Shown here: in pieces, positions 38,332-50,951 of the stretch
Layout of the letters: each line of letters begins with the position of its first letter
How positions within the stretch are numbered: position 1 is the stretch's first letter
Assembly: GCA_017499595.2 (NCBI GenBank)
Contig: CM039001.1
Location: forward strand, 1,364,001-1,428,000
Reading direction: 5' to 3'
DNA length: 64,000 bases
Origin: Psilocybe cubensis
Lineage: Eukaryota
Made by a program: the position numbers and the translations under genes
The notes under the pieces: model-generated
The model's input: only the letters and a program-made list of their open reading frames with translations
What the model was told of the DNA's origin: nothing
Database searches by the model: none

Positions 38332-39032
38332 AGCAAAGAAGACAGTTGTTTCTTTTTTATCTCGTATCGTTTTGTAAGGAATTCTTGTATTTTTAAATCC
38401 ATCCATATTTTGTCATTTTTTTGCATTTTGACCTGGTGTTTTGCCAACGACATACGCGCCTTCGAGGCTTTTCGACAGATCCATTCATCTGACAATGTGA
38501 TCGGCGTATCAAATATTGCGTCGTATCGATTGAAGGTGAAATGTCGCGTTTCAATGTCATAAAGACTGGGTTTTGCACAGCTATGTATGGGGCGCCCTTC
38601 CCGACTTCATTCTCTCAGTCACCCTTTCTACAGAGCAAACGAACTTCTCACGAATTTGATTGGCCAGGCAAGTGGTAATACTATACTGGGAATGTGCACC
38701 ATAGGAACACACATCACGAAGTGGAACAACGCCAGACAGCTGCTTGATGAACACATGTTTTTTGATCACAAATACGCCAGGATCATGCCTCCAAGTCCTG
38801 ATTTACGGGATGCATTTTGATATGCCAGTAATAAATCGACCAAGGCGCGGAATCTATCACTTCTTCGCTTTGTTCTCACCCTTCATCTCTATTCTGCGCT
38901 CTGGCAGCTGCACTCCCTTCGTTAAAGAGCTGAAGCCTGCGGCTTCAATTCACTTCCTGTCTTTTCTGTTAACGTTGGAGACGTTCTTTTTTTGCAGGAG
39001 TGGTGGCGGAATAGATTTGGACTTCAATGTCT

Positions 39033-40747
39033 ATGATTAATGGCACAAGTAAGTAAAGCTGGCTCCGATCCTCGAGTGGAGCTGATCGATACGAATCGTC
39101 GTTATTTCAGGTATTACCAACAGCAATACCAATGGACTCCCCGTAAACATCGTGCGAGGAACCCATAGCCAGCTGGTGCTGTTCCTGGTACTCAATATGT
39201 GGCCGTCACACTTTGGCCTACTCGTGTTAATAGGAATCGTCGTTTTTTCCAAGAAGGTGAAGAGGCACCCCACATTTGTGAACCTATGCGTGGCATTTAT
39301 AATCGCCGGACTGTGAGCCCTTTCATTGAACCTCGACCAAAAGGCTTTGGCGCTGATTAGTACCATTAAGGTCTTCGAGTTTGCTGTAAGTGTGTTTGTG
39401 AGGTACTGAGGAGATGATCGTCACTGAGATGATACTGGTTTTAGAGTATATGCTGGAAGGACGACCGGTCCAGAACCTTCACGCATGCTGTGTCTATTCC
39501 AGGCATCTTTGCTATATGGAATGCCAGGCCTGTACGTTTCATCTTCGCCTCAATTCATTGAATCCTTCATGACATTAACCTGGTAATCTAGCACATCCAC
39601 TGCGGCCTTCATGCTGGTATTACAGGTGAGTAAATTCTATCATTCGGGACCGACGGATCATCTGGAAGAACTCCATGTTTATCTATAGATGTTCTTCACT
39701 GTCAGGGCGTCTTCGCGGGGTTTAAGTAACAACGACGAAGATCATTTTTTCCGGCTTTGGGGGGTATGCTATGCAATTGAGAAACTAAATCCAGAAGACG
39801 CTGATAACCTTTTTAGATGTTAGCCGCCCCGTATTTGGCTTGGTTGATCAGTATCATAGCCACCGCTGCTGTAAGAGCATGCTGTGTTTTCAACAAATAA
39901 TGTACAATCATTGAAGTTCTTTAATGTACTTATTAGGTCGGAGCCGCAAATCCACAACACGTCTCGCGCAACCGGCGCTTCTTTTACTGTTCTGTAGAAT
40001 CGCTCCCGTTGTAAGTTGGATCCCGACTCAAAGCTGCAAAAATTCACCGGTCATTTTTATATGAAGGACCAATACTCTGACTGTTGCTGCTGCGATAATT
40101 CTATTTGGCTCGCTGGTAGCGGTGGGTAAGTCATTTTACCTCAGACTCTGTACAATTCCGAGGACTCAAGCAATGGCTTTGTGTTCAGTGTGGACTATGA
40201 CCATCCTATATAAGCGCATGTATGGTTCTGGTCGAGAAAACTCAGGGTTCACATTAGACCTGAACTTACCCATCCGTGTCATGTGCTTTGCGGTATACAT
40301 AATTGTCGCCATGAGGTATTGAACTTTCTGTAAGGTATCAAATCGTACTCGAATTTACTTTTTTTTTGCCTGGTAGCTTGAGTTTATTGTCTGTCACGTC
40401 GCCGTCGAGTCCAGCTCCTGATCTTGTGATAGCTTCTGGTATGTTTTGAACATTTAATATTTAACTTTAGACCTTGTTTGTTGATTATCCTGCCACTCTT
40501 AGCGGCCACCGTCGTCATTCTCATTTTCGGAACACAGAAGGTTAGTTGTAATCAGCAACTTCACATATCATGACATACTATTCTGACGCTGATTTTGTTA
40601 CAGGACATCTTAGGAGTCATCGTATTCTGGCGACGACCCGCACCACTAGAGAACCAAATTCGCGTTGATCTAAAAGTCGAGTTTGAGCGAGAGGCCGACA
40701 TCCCTCCCAAGGTTCCTGAGAAAGACTACCCGACGACTCATGTTTAA
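39033..40747 (+). CDS. Orphan seven-transmembrane, GPCR-like membrane protein
   Basis: Spliced through many small exons: MINGT|S..LVLFLVLNMWPSHFGLLVLIGIVVFSKKVKRHPTFVNLCVAFIIAGL|SSSLL|VYAG..GPEPSRMLCLFQASLLYGMPG..RRFFYCSV..LPIRVMCFAVYIIVAM..PAPDLVIAS|AATVVILIFGTQK|DIL. Confidence 0.7.
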
Positions 40748-41240
40748 ATGCTCCATTTGTTTATTTATTTTGGTTTGACCACTTTCACAGCCTCGAGAAA
40801 CCCGTCAGAGGTCGCCCGACGGCTGTAGCCTTTTTATTATGAGTGCAATTGTGCGATGTACAGTTTTGATTCTGTTTGGTTCGTTTCTTGTGTTGTAAAA
40901 ATATGATGATGTAAAGGAGTCAAGCCTATACTCCACGCTTTAAAAATTGACGAATTGTTGAATGATATAATTGCATCTACTAGCTATTGAATTTAGGTGT
41001 AGGTCTACGGGAGCTTGGTATATGTAGTGTAGTGTGATTTCAATTGGCATAAAGATATATAGTATGTTGCAGTGGTAGAAAAATGATAAACTGAAAGAGT
41101 AACTTGAAAACAACCGTCCAAAAATAGTCCCGCAAATATAGCAGTGGTTCTATATACAAAGCAACAGACACATTGCAAACGAAGAGGCGATGAAGAAAAA
41201 AGTGGTGCATCGAAATGAATCTAAAAAAAGCTTATAGAAG

Positions 41241-42527
41241 TTAATACTTCATCACATGTGAACGTAGTTCGCGCAGAGAGTCCCAGTCGGGCAAGTCATA
41301 TAAACTAGGAAGATTCTCCCAAGCATCGACTCTGAAATTGTTATGGTATGAGCGGCACATGCTCAGGCATTGACCACACATCCCTTGTTCGCCAAATTCG
41401 TCCCAATCGCCTTTGTCCCAGACAGTCCCTAGGAAGTCCATATCGCGGCGCTTATTCCCGCGGGTGATATATATGTTAGCCAATTCTCCTTGTCGAATTT
41501 CATTGCACTTTCTGCTAGAATTGCATTGAGGAAGGGAGACATGTAGGAAGGAGAGAACCCTTGATGTCTCTTCCTTCTGAGAGATAAACCCTGTTATAAT
41601 CTTGTTTTTTATCGCCGGCAGTAGTGAGTCGTCGTTACATTCTGCCCATTTAGGGTGCTCCAGTATTTTGTCGACGTTGTAGAGACAGCATTCATAAAAT
41701 GCCGCAGGCAAAATCCAGAAGGCGCGATGAGCCATGCAAAGTTCAATTAGGGAGAAGGTATTCGTCAATGTATGAGGAATTGTCTGATAAAACTCGGCGG
41801 AGCGGTCCACTGAGAATGTTGATCGTTGTTCTCTGGAATCCCAGTCCTCTATATTTGTGCACGGATATGCCAATTCCAAATGAGCCAGCGCATTCCGCCG
41901 CAAGTAGTTCACCTCATAAAGCGAAGCCAGTTTAAAAATGGCCAAAATGACCTCAAATTTTTCTTTTTTGGGGGGCCTGTCGAAGTGTCTGTAGTTTTAA
42001 AGATAGAATATTGAAGTCAGTACTACATCCCAAGTGATATATTCATATACCGACTCAGGATCAAGAAGAGCATGCACGAATTCCTCAGCTTCTTTAGCAG
42101 TGACATCAAGCATTTCAAAGACGATGATATCTTTTCCTTGCGTTTTTTGAATGATTTCAGACCCCGATCCTACATATATCTTCTTGCAGAAAACGGGTGG
42201 TGAGGTTGGGGAGCCGTCGTAAGCGGCCTTGAAAACAGGGGATTTTCTTAGAAATAATGTGGCCAGCATCTTGAAAAGGCGCCCCTCTGCCTCAAGAATG
42301 ACAAATCCAGTATTTTCTGACCACCAGTTCTCTACAATTTTGACGTTTGTAGGCTCGTTTGGGGCTATATTGTCCGCCATGGGCGCCGTCGAGTCGAAGG
42401 TAAGATTTGGGCTAGTGACCGCGAAAGATGGGGAGTCCGACGCTGTCCAGTGTGAGCCTGACGATGACGGTGGGGTAGTGACCATGAATTCCCAGTCTTG
42501 ATATTGGATATCCTCGCCTGGGACCAT
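41241..42527 (-). CDS. Fungal BTB/POZ-domain protein
   Basis: WWSENTGFVILEAEGRLFKMLATLFLRKSPVFK...AKEAEEFVHALLD...AIFKLASLYEVNYLRRNALAHLELAYP...WILPAAFYECC...MCGQC...WENLPSLYDLPDW. This layout is typical of agaric BTB proteins. Confidence 0.8.
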
Positions 42528-42702
42528 TGAGTCAAGGAAGGGAGCTATTGTGATGACAGTGGAACTTTGGTGGAAAGAGATGGAAATATTACAAGTCCAA
42601 GCTCCCACAGTCGGGGCTTGAATTGGACGTGACAACACGCAAAAACAAAATCACAAATTTCGTTAGTCGGCGGTTGAGCAAAGTCGCGTTATTCCTATAG
42701 AC

Positions 42703-43540
42703 ATGGCCGTGAGTTCTTCGCTGCCTCCAGTCCACCGTCGCTGACACCCAACCCCCCAGAGCCGTTGTTCTCCAGTCCTCAGAGCCCTCTCGCGACCAGC
42801 ACCTTTCTCTCGGTATGTCCTTGCTGCTGTATTGTCGCCGACAAACACATAACTTTGCTTTTCTGCAGGTACGCGAGAACACCCAACTCTTCGCGATGGC
42901 TCGCGACAGCCTCCGAGACGAAGCCCTCGTCGTCAACACCACCCCCGCCCCCCGCCTCAGCAAACCCACTCATCACACGTATTGTTGACGACATTTCCGG
43001 CCTTACACTCCTCCAAGCGTCCGACCTCGTCACCCAGCTCAAGGTGCGCGGTATTGACCCTCCAGTCTATGGGATACCTGCAACTGATGCATTGACCTAG
43101 GCCCGTCTGAACATACAAGAGGTCGCCATGCCCGCTGCTACTGCTGCTGCGCCTGCCGCCGCTGCCGCCCCCGCCGCCGACGAGCCTGCTGCTGTATGTT
43201 CCGTTTCTCTTCCACTGACACGTATTGTTCTGACGTTCAATGTAGGAGAAGCCAAAGGAGAAGACTGTCTTCAATGTGATGCTCGAGTCCTTTGACGCCG
43301 GCTCCAAGCCAAAGGTCATCCGAGAGGTCAAGGCTCTCGTGCCCAACTTGACCCTGATGGATGTACGTCTTTTATTCCCGTTTTTTCCCGGCTACCTTAC
43401 CTATTCATTGCTTTCACCTGCAGGCCAAGAAATTCGTCGAGTCGCTACCAAAAGTATTGAAGGAGAACCTGTCCAAGGACGAGGCCGAGAAGCTGAAAAA
43501 GGCGTTCACTGACATTGGCGCTGTTGTCAAATTAGACTAA
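42703..43540 (+). CDS. MRPL12: Mitochondrial ribosomal protein L7/L12 (bL12m)
   Basis: Motifs: IVDDISGLTLLQASDLVTQLK; Ala-rich hinge; EKTVFNVMLESFDAGSKPKVIREVK..LTLMD|AKKFVESLPKVLKENL. Confidence 0.93.
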
Positions 43541-43726
43541 TATATCCATGAGTATTTAATGCACATCCCCACAATTTCGATGAAAATTAATATTGTCGAA
43601 AGTGTGATTTTCGAGTAAAAGCAGATATGGATACAAAGATATAGAAAAGGAGTGGACTAAGCGCGCACTGACTAGGGTGTCAAGTTGCGGATTGGTAATT
43701 ACACGAATAAGGTAAGTAAAACGAGC

Positions 43727-46700
43727 TCAATCCTCGGAAAGGTACCGGTATTCGAATCGGAAATCGCTTTTCTTTCGTTGGCACCATGATCCCTCCCAGT
43801 CGAAATACACATAAACACCTTGTTCATACTCTTCTGTAATTGCCTGGGGTTCAGAATGTCGTTGGAACCACGTCAAGTACTTGACGTGGAAACGCCAGGA
43901 TTGGCGTTTCAATTCCTTCGCAGCAAGGTATCTGGTTCAAAAAATTAATCAATATCTGCAACAAGTAGCCTATCCCCACGAAACTCACTGCTGGTATGTT
44001 CCAGGAAGGTAGTAGAAAATCCAGAAGAGGGTCTCAACATCAAGCTGAGTAAAGATTCCGGGAGTTTGGAGCAAAGGATGAGGTGCTTGAGGATAATATG
44101 GCGCCGTCTGGAATGGATTACGAGGAACATAATATTTGGGCCTAGAAATACAAAGGGGATAAGCGACAGGGATAACAAAAATATATAAAAAATAAAAGAC
44201 CCACTTTTCGGTGTCCTGGGGTTGTGGTGCGTTCGCGTATCCCCCTTCCAGCATCTTGTGTACTTGGTCAAGATTATTGGCACGAAGCGCTAAATCAAAA
44301 TTGTTGCCGTCAAATAAAGCACATACATCGACTGTTAAATCCAACCTTTCTGCTTAACGTTTTCGAAGGAGACAACCAAATCCGACAAAGACCCGGGGAA
44401 CGCTGCAGGAGCACGTTGTTGTTGTAGCGGTACGGATTGAGCTGCAGATGAAGGTCGCTGCGCTCCGATGTTCTGCTGCGTAGCTGTGGGGACGGAGCCA
44501 CCCACAGGTTGTTGCTCGGCCTGGGGAACCTTGACGCCAGGAGGGAACATCGGCTGCTGGTGTACCTGAACTGAGACAGGGGGAGGCGATTTAGGTCGCT
44601 GAGTAAACTGTTGCAGCTGTTGTGGTAACGGAGATGGACCTGAAGTCGGAGGGGGTTGTTGCGATTGGGATCCATTAGACTGCGCCTGAGCTGGCGGCTG
44701 CTGTGAGCCTTCCGGAACCGCCGCGTTCTATAAGTAACGACGATAAGTATATCGGATCACTAAGGAGGACAAAAAAGACATCGTACAGCAACACTAGGGG
44801 ACTGGGTGGAGAGTATAGGTGATGAAACAGAATCTTCAAGCAAAATCAGTGGCTGATCTCCGGCGGAATGTCTTAACAAACCTTTGGATGAAGTGATATT
44901 TTGTTGCGGTGATGAAGGAACGAGTTTGCTTGATGATACCGCTTCTGATAGAGCCGGAGATTCCTGACCAGAATAGAATGATCCATCGGGTTGCTGTGAT
45001 GCTGATGCAGCCGATGATAGCATTGGACTTGTTACTGAAAGTTGAGTCAAGCTCGGTGATGATACAGCGACACTATGCTGCTCCTGAGAAACTGGTAGTG
45101 ACGTCAATCCAATGGGTATTGAGGGTGCAGTAGATGACGGAGGAGGAGGATGTGAAGTGGATGCAGCAGGTGTGCCTGGTACCGAAGCGGCAGCCAGTGA
45201 CGAGGAAGAGGCAGATGGTGGGGGAGGAGGCGCTACGGCGGCGGCAGCAGCAGCAGCATAGCGTATTGGAGGTAAAACGGCAGGGGCCGCGGGTCGAGGT
45301 GCCGGTGTTTGTTGCTGCAAGCCTGCCTTGAGGATTGTTGCCATTGGTTGTTGGGATAAATTGAGATTTGGAGGAGGTTTAGCTAAAAGGAAACATCAGA
45401 TACAGGTATAACACTCTTATAAGGACCGACGCACTGTCCATTGATTGTTCTAATTGAGTATTTTAGTAAAATTGCACAGGAAGCAAAGTATGTGCCGCAC
45501 GCACTCCGCAAGTTTAGTGATACTGAAGCTTTCTTCAGTATCGGACTATCATCTCGTTTACTGCTCGTCACACTCTCCTCATCGTGTTTTTTTGTAGGCC
45601 GAGGCGGTACATCTACGAGACGTCACGAAAAGGACGGTAAAATTGGAGAAAGGAACGAACCTTCGCTGGCATCGTCAGAATCCTCGCTGTCATCATCATC
45701 AGCAATGATGCCGAATTTCTCCTCTTCTTCGTCCAGATTCAGCTCATCATATATGCCCTCATCTTCGTCAAAGCCTTCGTCCTGGTTCAAAAAATATTCA
45801 AGACTACGCCAGAGTAGCCGAACAACTTTGCACGAACCGTATTGCTTTCCACGAAATACGCGACGTCTTCCTTTAGACTATTGACCTTTTCCAGAGCAAG
45901 AGTGCCATTGTTGAGCATTCTCAAAACAATTTCTAGACGGCTGATATGCCATTTCCGTCTGTCGTTCAAATGTTCAAGTTCTTCTTGCCGGCCCAGATTG
46001 CTCTGACCGCCTTTATTCCGCTTCTTCCCTGTCCCTTGAAGAGCTTCCACCTCTGCCTCTGCCTGTTCCACCTGCATCTGAAGCTCTTCGACTTGGTGAT
46101 TCACCCAAGAGATAGCCTCCTCTTTCTCTTGTTCTTTCGGGTCCAATTTGGCTGCTTGTATTAGGCCTTCTTTAGAGAATGCCTTGGTCTTCATCTCCTT
46201 CTCGCAAGCCTTGAATTTCTCCATTTGCTGTTCATCGCGAATATATGTATTAGAATTAAACCACGGAAGATAATGGAATAAAAGGGCAGGAATATGCAAC
46301 AAGGCACGGAAGGCAAGCATTGTAGATCAGAAAAGGAGATACACGCAAGCCAAATTCCGCATGTAGAGAGAATCCAGACACGAGGACTGCATCCCTCCCC
46401 AACATGCGGCCGTTCGCCAAACATGTTTATAAAAGGCTGTTAAACATAAGCAAGGCTCACCGTCTCGATCAGCTTTCTGTTGTCCAGTAGCGCCGACTTG
46501 TCTTTGATATCATTGCTCGCAACCCAGGTCTTGATTTGGTCACGCAGCCGCTGAAGCTTCTTTATCTGTGTTTTAAGATCCAGTTCAGACTTCTCTTTCT
46601 GGGTCTGATTTGTCGACGCCTGCATTTTCTCGTATATGCTCTCAAAGAGCTCGACGCCCTCGCCGACTTTCTTGAGGGTGCGGTCAATTTCGGCTAAGAG

Positions 46701-46772
46701 ACAAATAATTCAGCAAAGGCTCGGTGCAAGGAGGGACGCGCAGAACATACTTTGCAGCTTTCTCGCAGCCAT
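43727..46772 (-). CDS. NOT3: CCR4-NOT complex subunit Not3/Not5
   Basis: MAARKLQ|..[69 protein letters not shown]. The NOT box reads [52 protein letters not shown]. Confidence 0.96.
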
Positions 46773-47200
46773 GGCGAATGGTAGTCCGAGAGAAGACTAT
46801 GTGATATGTATATGTTGCCGTTGGGGTAGAACTTAGAATACGGTGGCGGTGGTGGCTTAGGCAATTGTTTGTTTGGCAAGAGGCTTAGAGTGTTACCTAA
46901 TCAGCCAACGACTGAATGGCCTCAATTTGAGTCTTGACGCGCATAGACATGTCTTCTTCCTCTCTGAGATGTGTTTCCAGGGCCGGTGGATATACAGGGA
47001 GACAGATGGCAACGGGCACAGGGACATAAATGATCGAGTGTGTTTGTGGAGGAGTAGTTTGCTAGGAGATGGTTGTCTATTGTTCGTGGTCACGTGGACG
47101 ATAATAACAGTGATAGGGAATCGGACATTGTGCTATTCATTTCCACAGCCAACGCTTCCTTCTCTACTTGTCCGCTGTTTCTCTCCTTTCCTCTCCGGCG

Positions 47201-49322
47201 ATGAAATCTCTTCGCAAGTCCCTGAACAGCGCCAGGGAGTCCGCCTCGCGCCCCCAGATATCCACCCCGGTGCCTCTCCCAGCAGTCTCAAAGCCACCCT
47301 CTGCCATTCTGCCTCCTCAGAAAGTCATCCGGGCTCTCTCCTCCTACAGGTCACAGGCTCCCCAGGAGCTCTCTTTCGTCAAAGGCGACTTCTTTCATGT
47401 TCTCAAAGACGTCGATGACACAGGTGCTTGGTATGAGGCACACAATCCAGTCTCCGGTGCGCGTGGATTGGTTCCGCGATCTATGTTTGAGGAGTTTGGT
47501 AAAAGCGCCGCACCGTGAATACATACTGCCTTTTCGTCTGTCCAGACCTCATACTTATTTTCTTTCTTTCTTTCTTTTCTGTACAAGATCTCGTATATCT
47601 CAGGCGGGGCCATCCATCAAGTCGGTCGGTTCACCAGTAATTTCAACCACGCGATCAGAACCTCCGCCAACACCGTCGGGCCCCAGACATCAAGTGTTCT
47701 ACGCTGTAGTCCTTCATGATTTTACTGCAGAACGAGCAGATGAACTGGATGCCAAGCGCGGCGATCCGATCACCGTTGTAGCACAATCCAATCGCGAGTG
47801 GTTCGTTGCAAAGCCCATCGGTCGTCTCGGTCGGCCAGGTCTAATTCCAGTTGCATTTGTTGAAATCCATGATCCCGCGTCTGGTCAGGCAGTTGTTGAT
47901 ATCGATGCTCTCATGGATAGTGGTGCGCTGCCAAAGGTCGAAGACTGGAAGCGGGCCATGCTTACCTACAAGGCAAATAGCATCGCACTTGGTGTTATTG
48001 ATGCACCCGCCAAACCTGTTGAGAATAGTCCATACTCTTCCCAGCCACCCACAATGAACAGCCCACAGGTGGATCCTCGCTCGGACACTCCAGATGCTTT
48101 GCCTGAAGGTATTCTTCTCTCCGCTGATGTCGTTTCGTTCCATTACGAAATGGAGGATTACTGGTTCCGAATCGATGCCGTTTTCCAGCCCTATAACCTG
48201 TCGGGAGCTAGGCTTCCTCCTTCAAAAACGCTTATCCTCTTCCGTCAGTACAATGATTTCTATGACTTTCAGGTGTCTCTTTTGGACACTTTCCCTCGAG
48301 AAGCTGGCAGAGAGCCTCCTGAGCCGCGGACACTACCATATATGCCTGGTCCCGCACAAGATGTCGATGATACTTTAACAGCTACCCGCAGAGTTGAGTT
48401 GGATGATTATGTGCATTCCCTTTGTAACTTAGGTAAAACTGGGGGGAGGTACATTTTAGAACATTTAGTCGTCCGAAGATTTTTGGCACTGAAACCGGGA
48501 GACGTGGAAAATGAAGGGGAGCCGCGAATAAAGGAAATACAGGAAATCGACGCGCTTTCTAACACAGACCAGATTAGTGATGATACCTACGACCGCGATG
48601 ATTACGATGTTCGGCAACAAATGGATCGTTTGAATATTCAAGAACGCCCTGTGAGCAATGGGTCGGAATATGAAGATGAGGGATACGCACCATCTCCCCA
48701 GCGGAAAAATTATGACAAACATCCTTACCACCAGGGTAACCAGCGCCATCCCGACGACAATCTACGTCTTCACGCCCATGCTCAAAACCATCAGCGGTCA
48801 GGTTCTTCGTCATCGTTCAACAATACAAACTCAAGCTATCAGTCAAACTCTCGTTCCAATTCACCGCTTCAGCGCAACGGTTCTCCGCAACCTGGCAGGA
48901 ACGGTCACAATTCGAATGGACACTCACGATGGAACGACAATGGGTATCAGCCATCCGACATGACGCCATCGACAGAATCATACCGAACCTCACAAGCATC
49001 CCAATCAGCGTCGTCGCGTTCACGCTCCCATTCCAACGCTGGCAACCTAAACACACCACCGATATCAGCCTCCAATCCTCAGACTGCCTTTGTGAAGATC
49101 AAGATCTTCGATCGTGTCGCCGACGATTTGATTGCCATTCGAGTTCATCCCAAGGTGACGCATGCTGAGCTGATGGATAAGGTACAAGCACGGCTGGGAG
49201 GCGAAGTTGGTAATCTGAGATATCGTGATAGCATGACGAATACGTTCGTTGGTCTCGATTCCGATGAAGAGCTACGAGCCTGGATGGAAGGGACAGATAA
49301 GCACGTCCTTTATGCCGATTGA
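47201..49322 (+). CDS. BEM1: Polarity scaffold Bem1/Scd2 (SH3-SH3-PX-PB1)
   Basis: SH3 KVIRALSSYRSQAPQELSFVKGDFF; SH3 YAVVLHDFTAERADELDAKRGD..WFVAKPIGRLGRPGLIP; PX LFRQYNDFYDFQVSLL..LPYMPGP; PB1 VKIKIF. Confidence 0.95.
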
Positions 49323-50951
49323 TAGGTCTAGCGAGAGTCGATGATGACCGTTGCTTGGTATATCTTTTTTCGCCTTTAGTTGCAATTCCCTTGCATCCGG
49401 GACACAGTTCGTTCTCTTTGGTTTCTCTTTTTTTTTCTTGTTTTTCTTTTTGGCATGGCATACTACTCCATCTCTATCAGACTTTTGTTTTATGTACTTT
49501 ATTTTTGATGGTGGCAACTACTGCTAAGTAATGTTTCTTCTCACTGTACGACATGAGGATGTTTGTATTAGGCTCGTATGCATAGTAATTTGTATGAAAA
49601 TAGGGTGAACCATTCTTGTATTCTATTTGTTCCTTGAAATTTCTTTCGACAGAAGACACAACTTGATGATATACTCTTTATTGCTCTGTCGAGCTTCCAA
49701 CCCGAACGTCAATCAAACACAACCCAATAGATGGTATCAGTTCACTTAGGGGTCACGAGTCACGACACCAGCCAAGCCATGCTGCTCAACCTTGGTCATT
49801 GACCTCCACCACGAACTAAAAGCAATCTAAAGCTAACTTTCACTAACATGGTCACAAAACTATATCTGCAAGCTTTACATACACAATGTTCTGGTTTGCT
49901 ACTTCATTTTCTCTCGAGACACGGACGCACGTGCAATCGCATTCCAAGATTTGCACGGTCCACAGAAGTCGAACAAGCGGCATTTACTGATATCCACCTT
50001 CGACGAAAAAGAAACCTCTTCCAACAACAATACAGTCCAATGTCCTAGAAATTCGCGAACACCTTACATGCAACGCGTCGAGCTAGTGCTTTCTTCGACG
50101 ACAACGCGTGTTATGCTGTCGTCACCAATTGGCTTTCGGACTAGAAGTGACTTTCCACGGATAGCTTTCACGACAGCTATCCTCCAGTGCACATTTTGAA
50201 TCGTCAGGAACTACTAGAACTTCCACAGATGCCTCCTTTCCACGTACTCATTACAGCTATAAGAGCAACCTCGAAGTTTGTTCACGCAACACCGAACATT
50301 CGAAGGATTTCCTGTACTCCTTTAAATAAGAGCCTTCAAAGATAACACTACTGGACGCGGGATTGTACATATACAACTTCAAGTCTATGAAAACTTTCCA
50401 TCCATCCCCGTGACGGCGTTGCGGATGAATGAAAGGTGCAGCCAGAGGTATGACCGGAACAACGCCGTTAGGTAACAACCCAATCAGAGGGCCTTCAAAG
50501 CGCGTGGCTGAAGAATTCCTAGAGAAAACCTCTGGCCTTTTCCATTGAGAATCAGGATGCATCCATCTCAGGGCGGTTTTACGTTTTTGATCTACGCTAA
50601 AAATGTTGCGCGAACTTCATTCCGGCGAGAATGGCAGTGGCGACACCCATTTCTAGTAAATTTGGGCTTCCTTAGCCCATAGCCTATGGCCGACAATGTC
50701 CACCGACCCGTGCTTTGGAAGATTCTCCGAGTGGAAGGATGATCTCATCCTTCCCTGCCCAGAGGCGCATGCGTATGGACTCTGTGCGAAGTACGTATGC
50801 CCAAGGGGTGTAGCCAGAATCTTGACTGATTCCCTGCGCTTCCTTGTACTCTCCCGCTTTCTTTAAGACCGTGTCTAGAGAAACAGAGCTCGCGTTTTGA
50901 CCCTTCGTCCTCTTCTCTTCAGGTCGAGAGCTAATACCATCTCCTGAAAGT

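Noticed and set aside
7986..49322. RGS, 7TM protein and BEM1 as a possible mating-type locus
   Set aside because: No Ste3 receptor, CaaX pheromone precursor, homeodomain pair or MIP gene was seen.
50097..50182. Two short hairpins (GACGACA/TGTCGTC and GGATAGCT/AGCTATCC) suggesting a tRNA-like fold
   Set aside because: No T-loop GTTCRA or D-loop consensus, and 7-8 bp stems can occur by chance.
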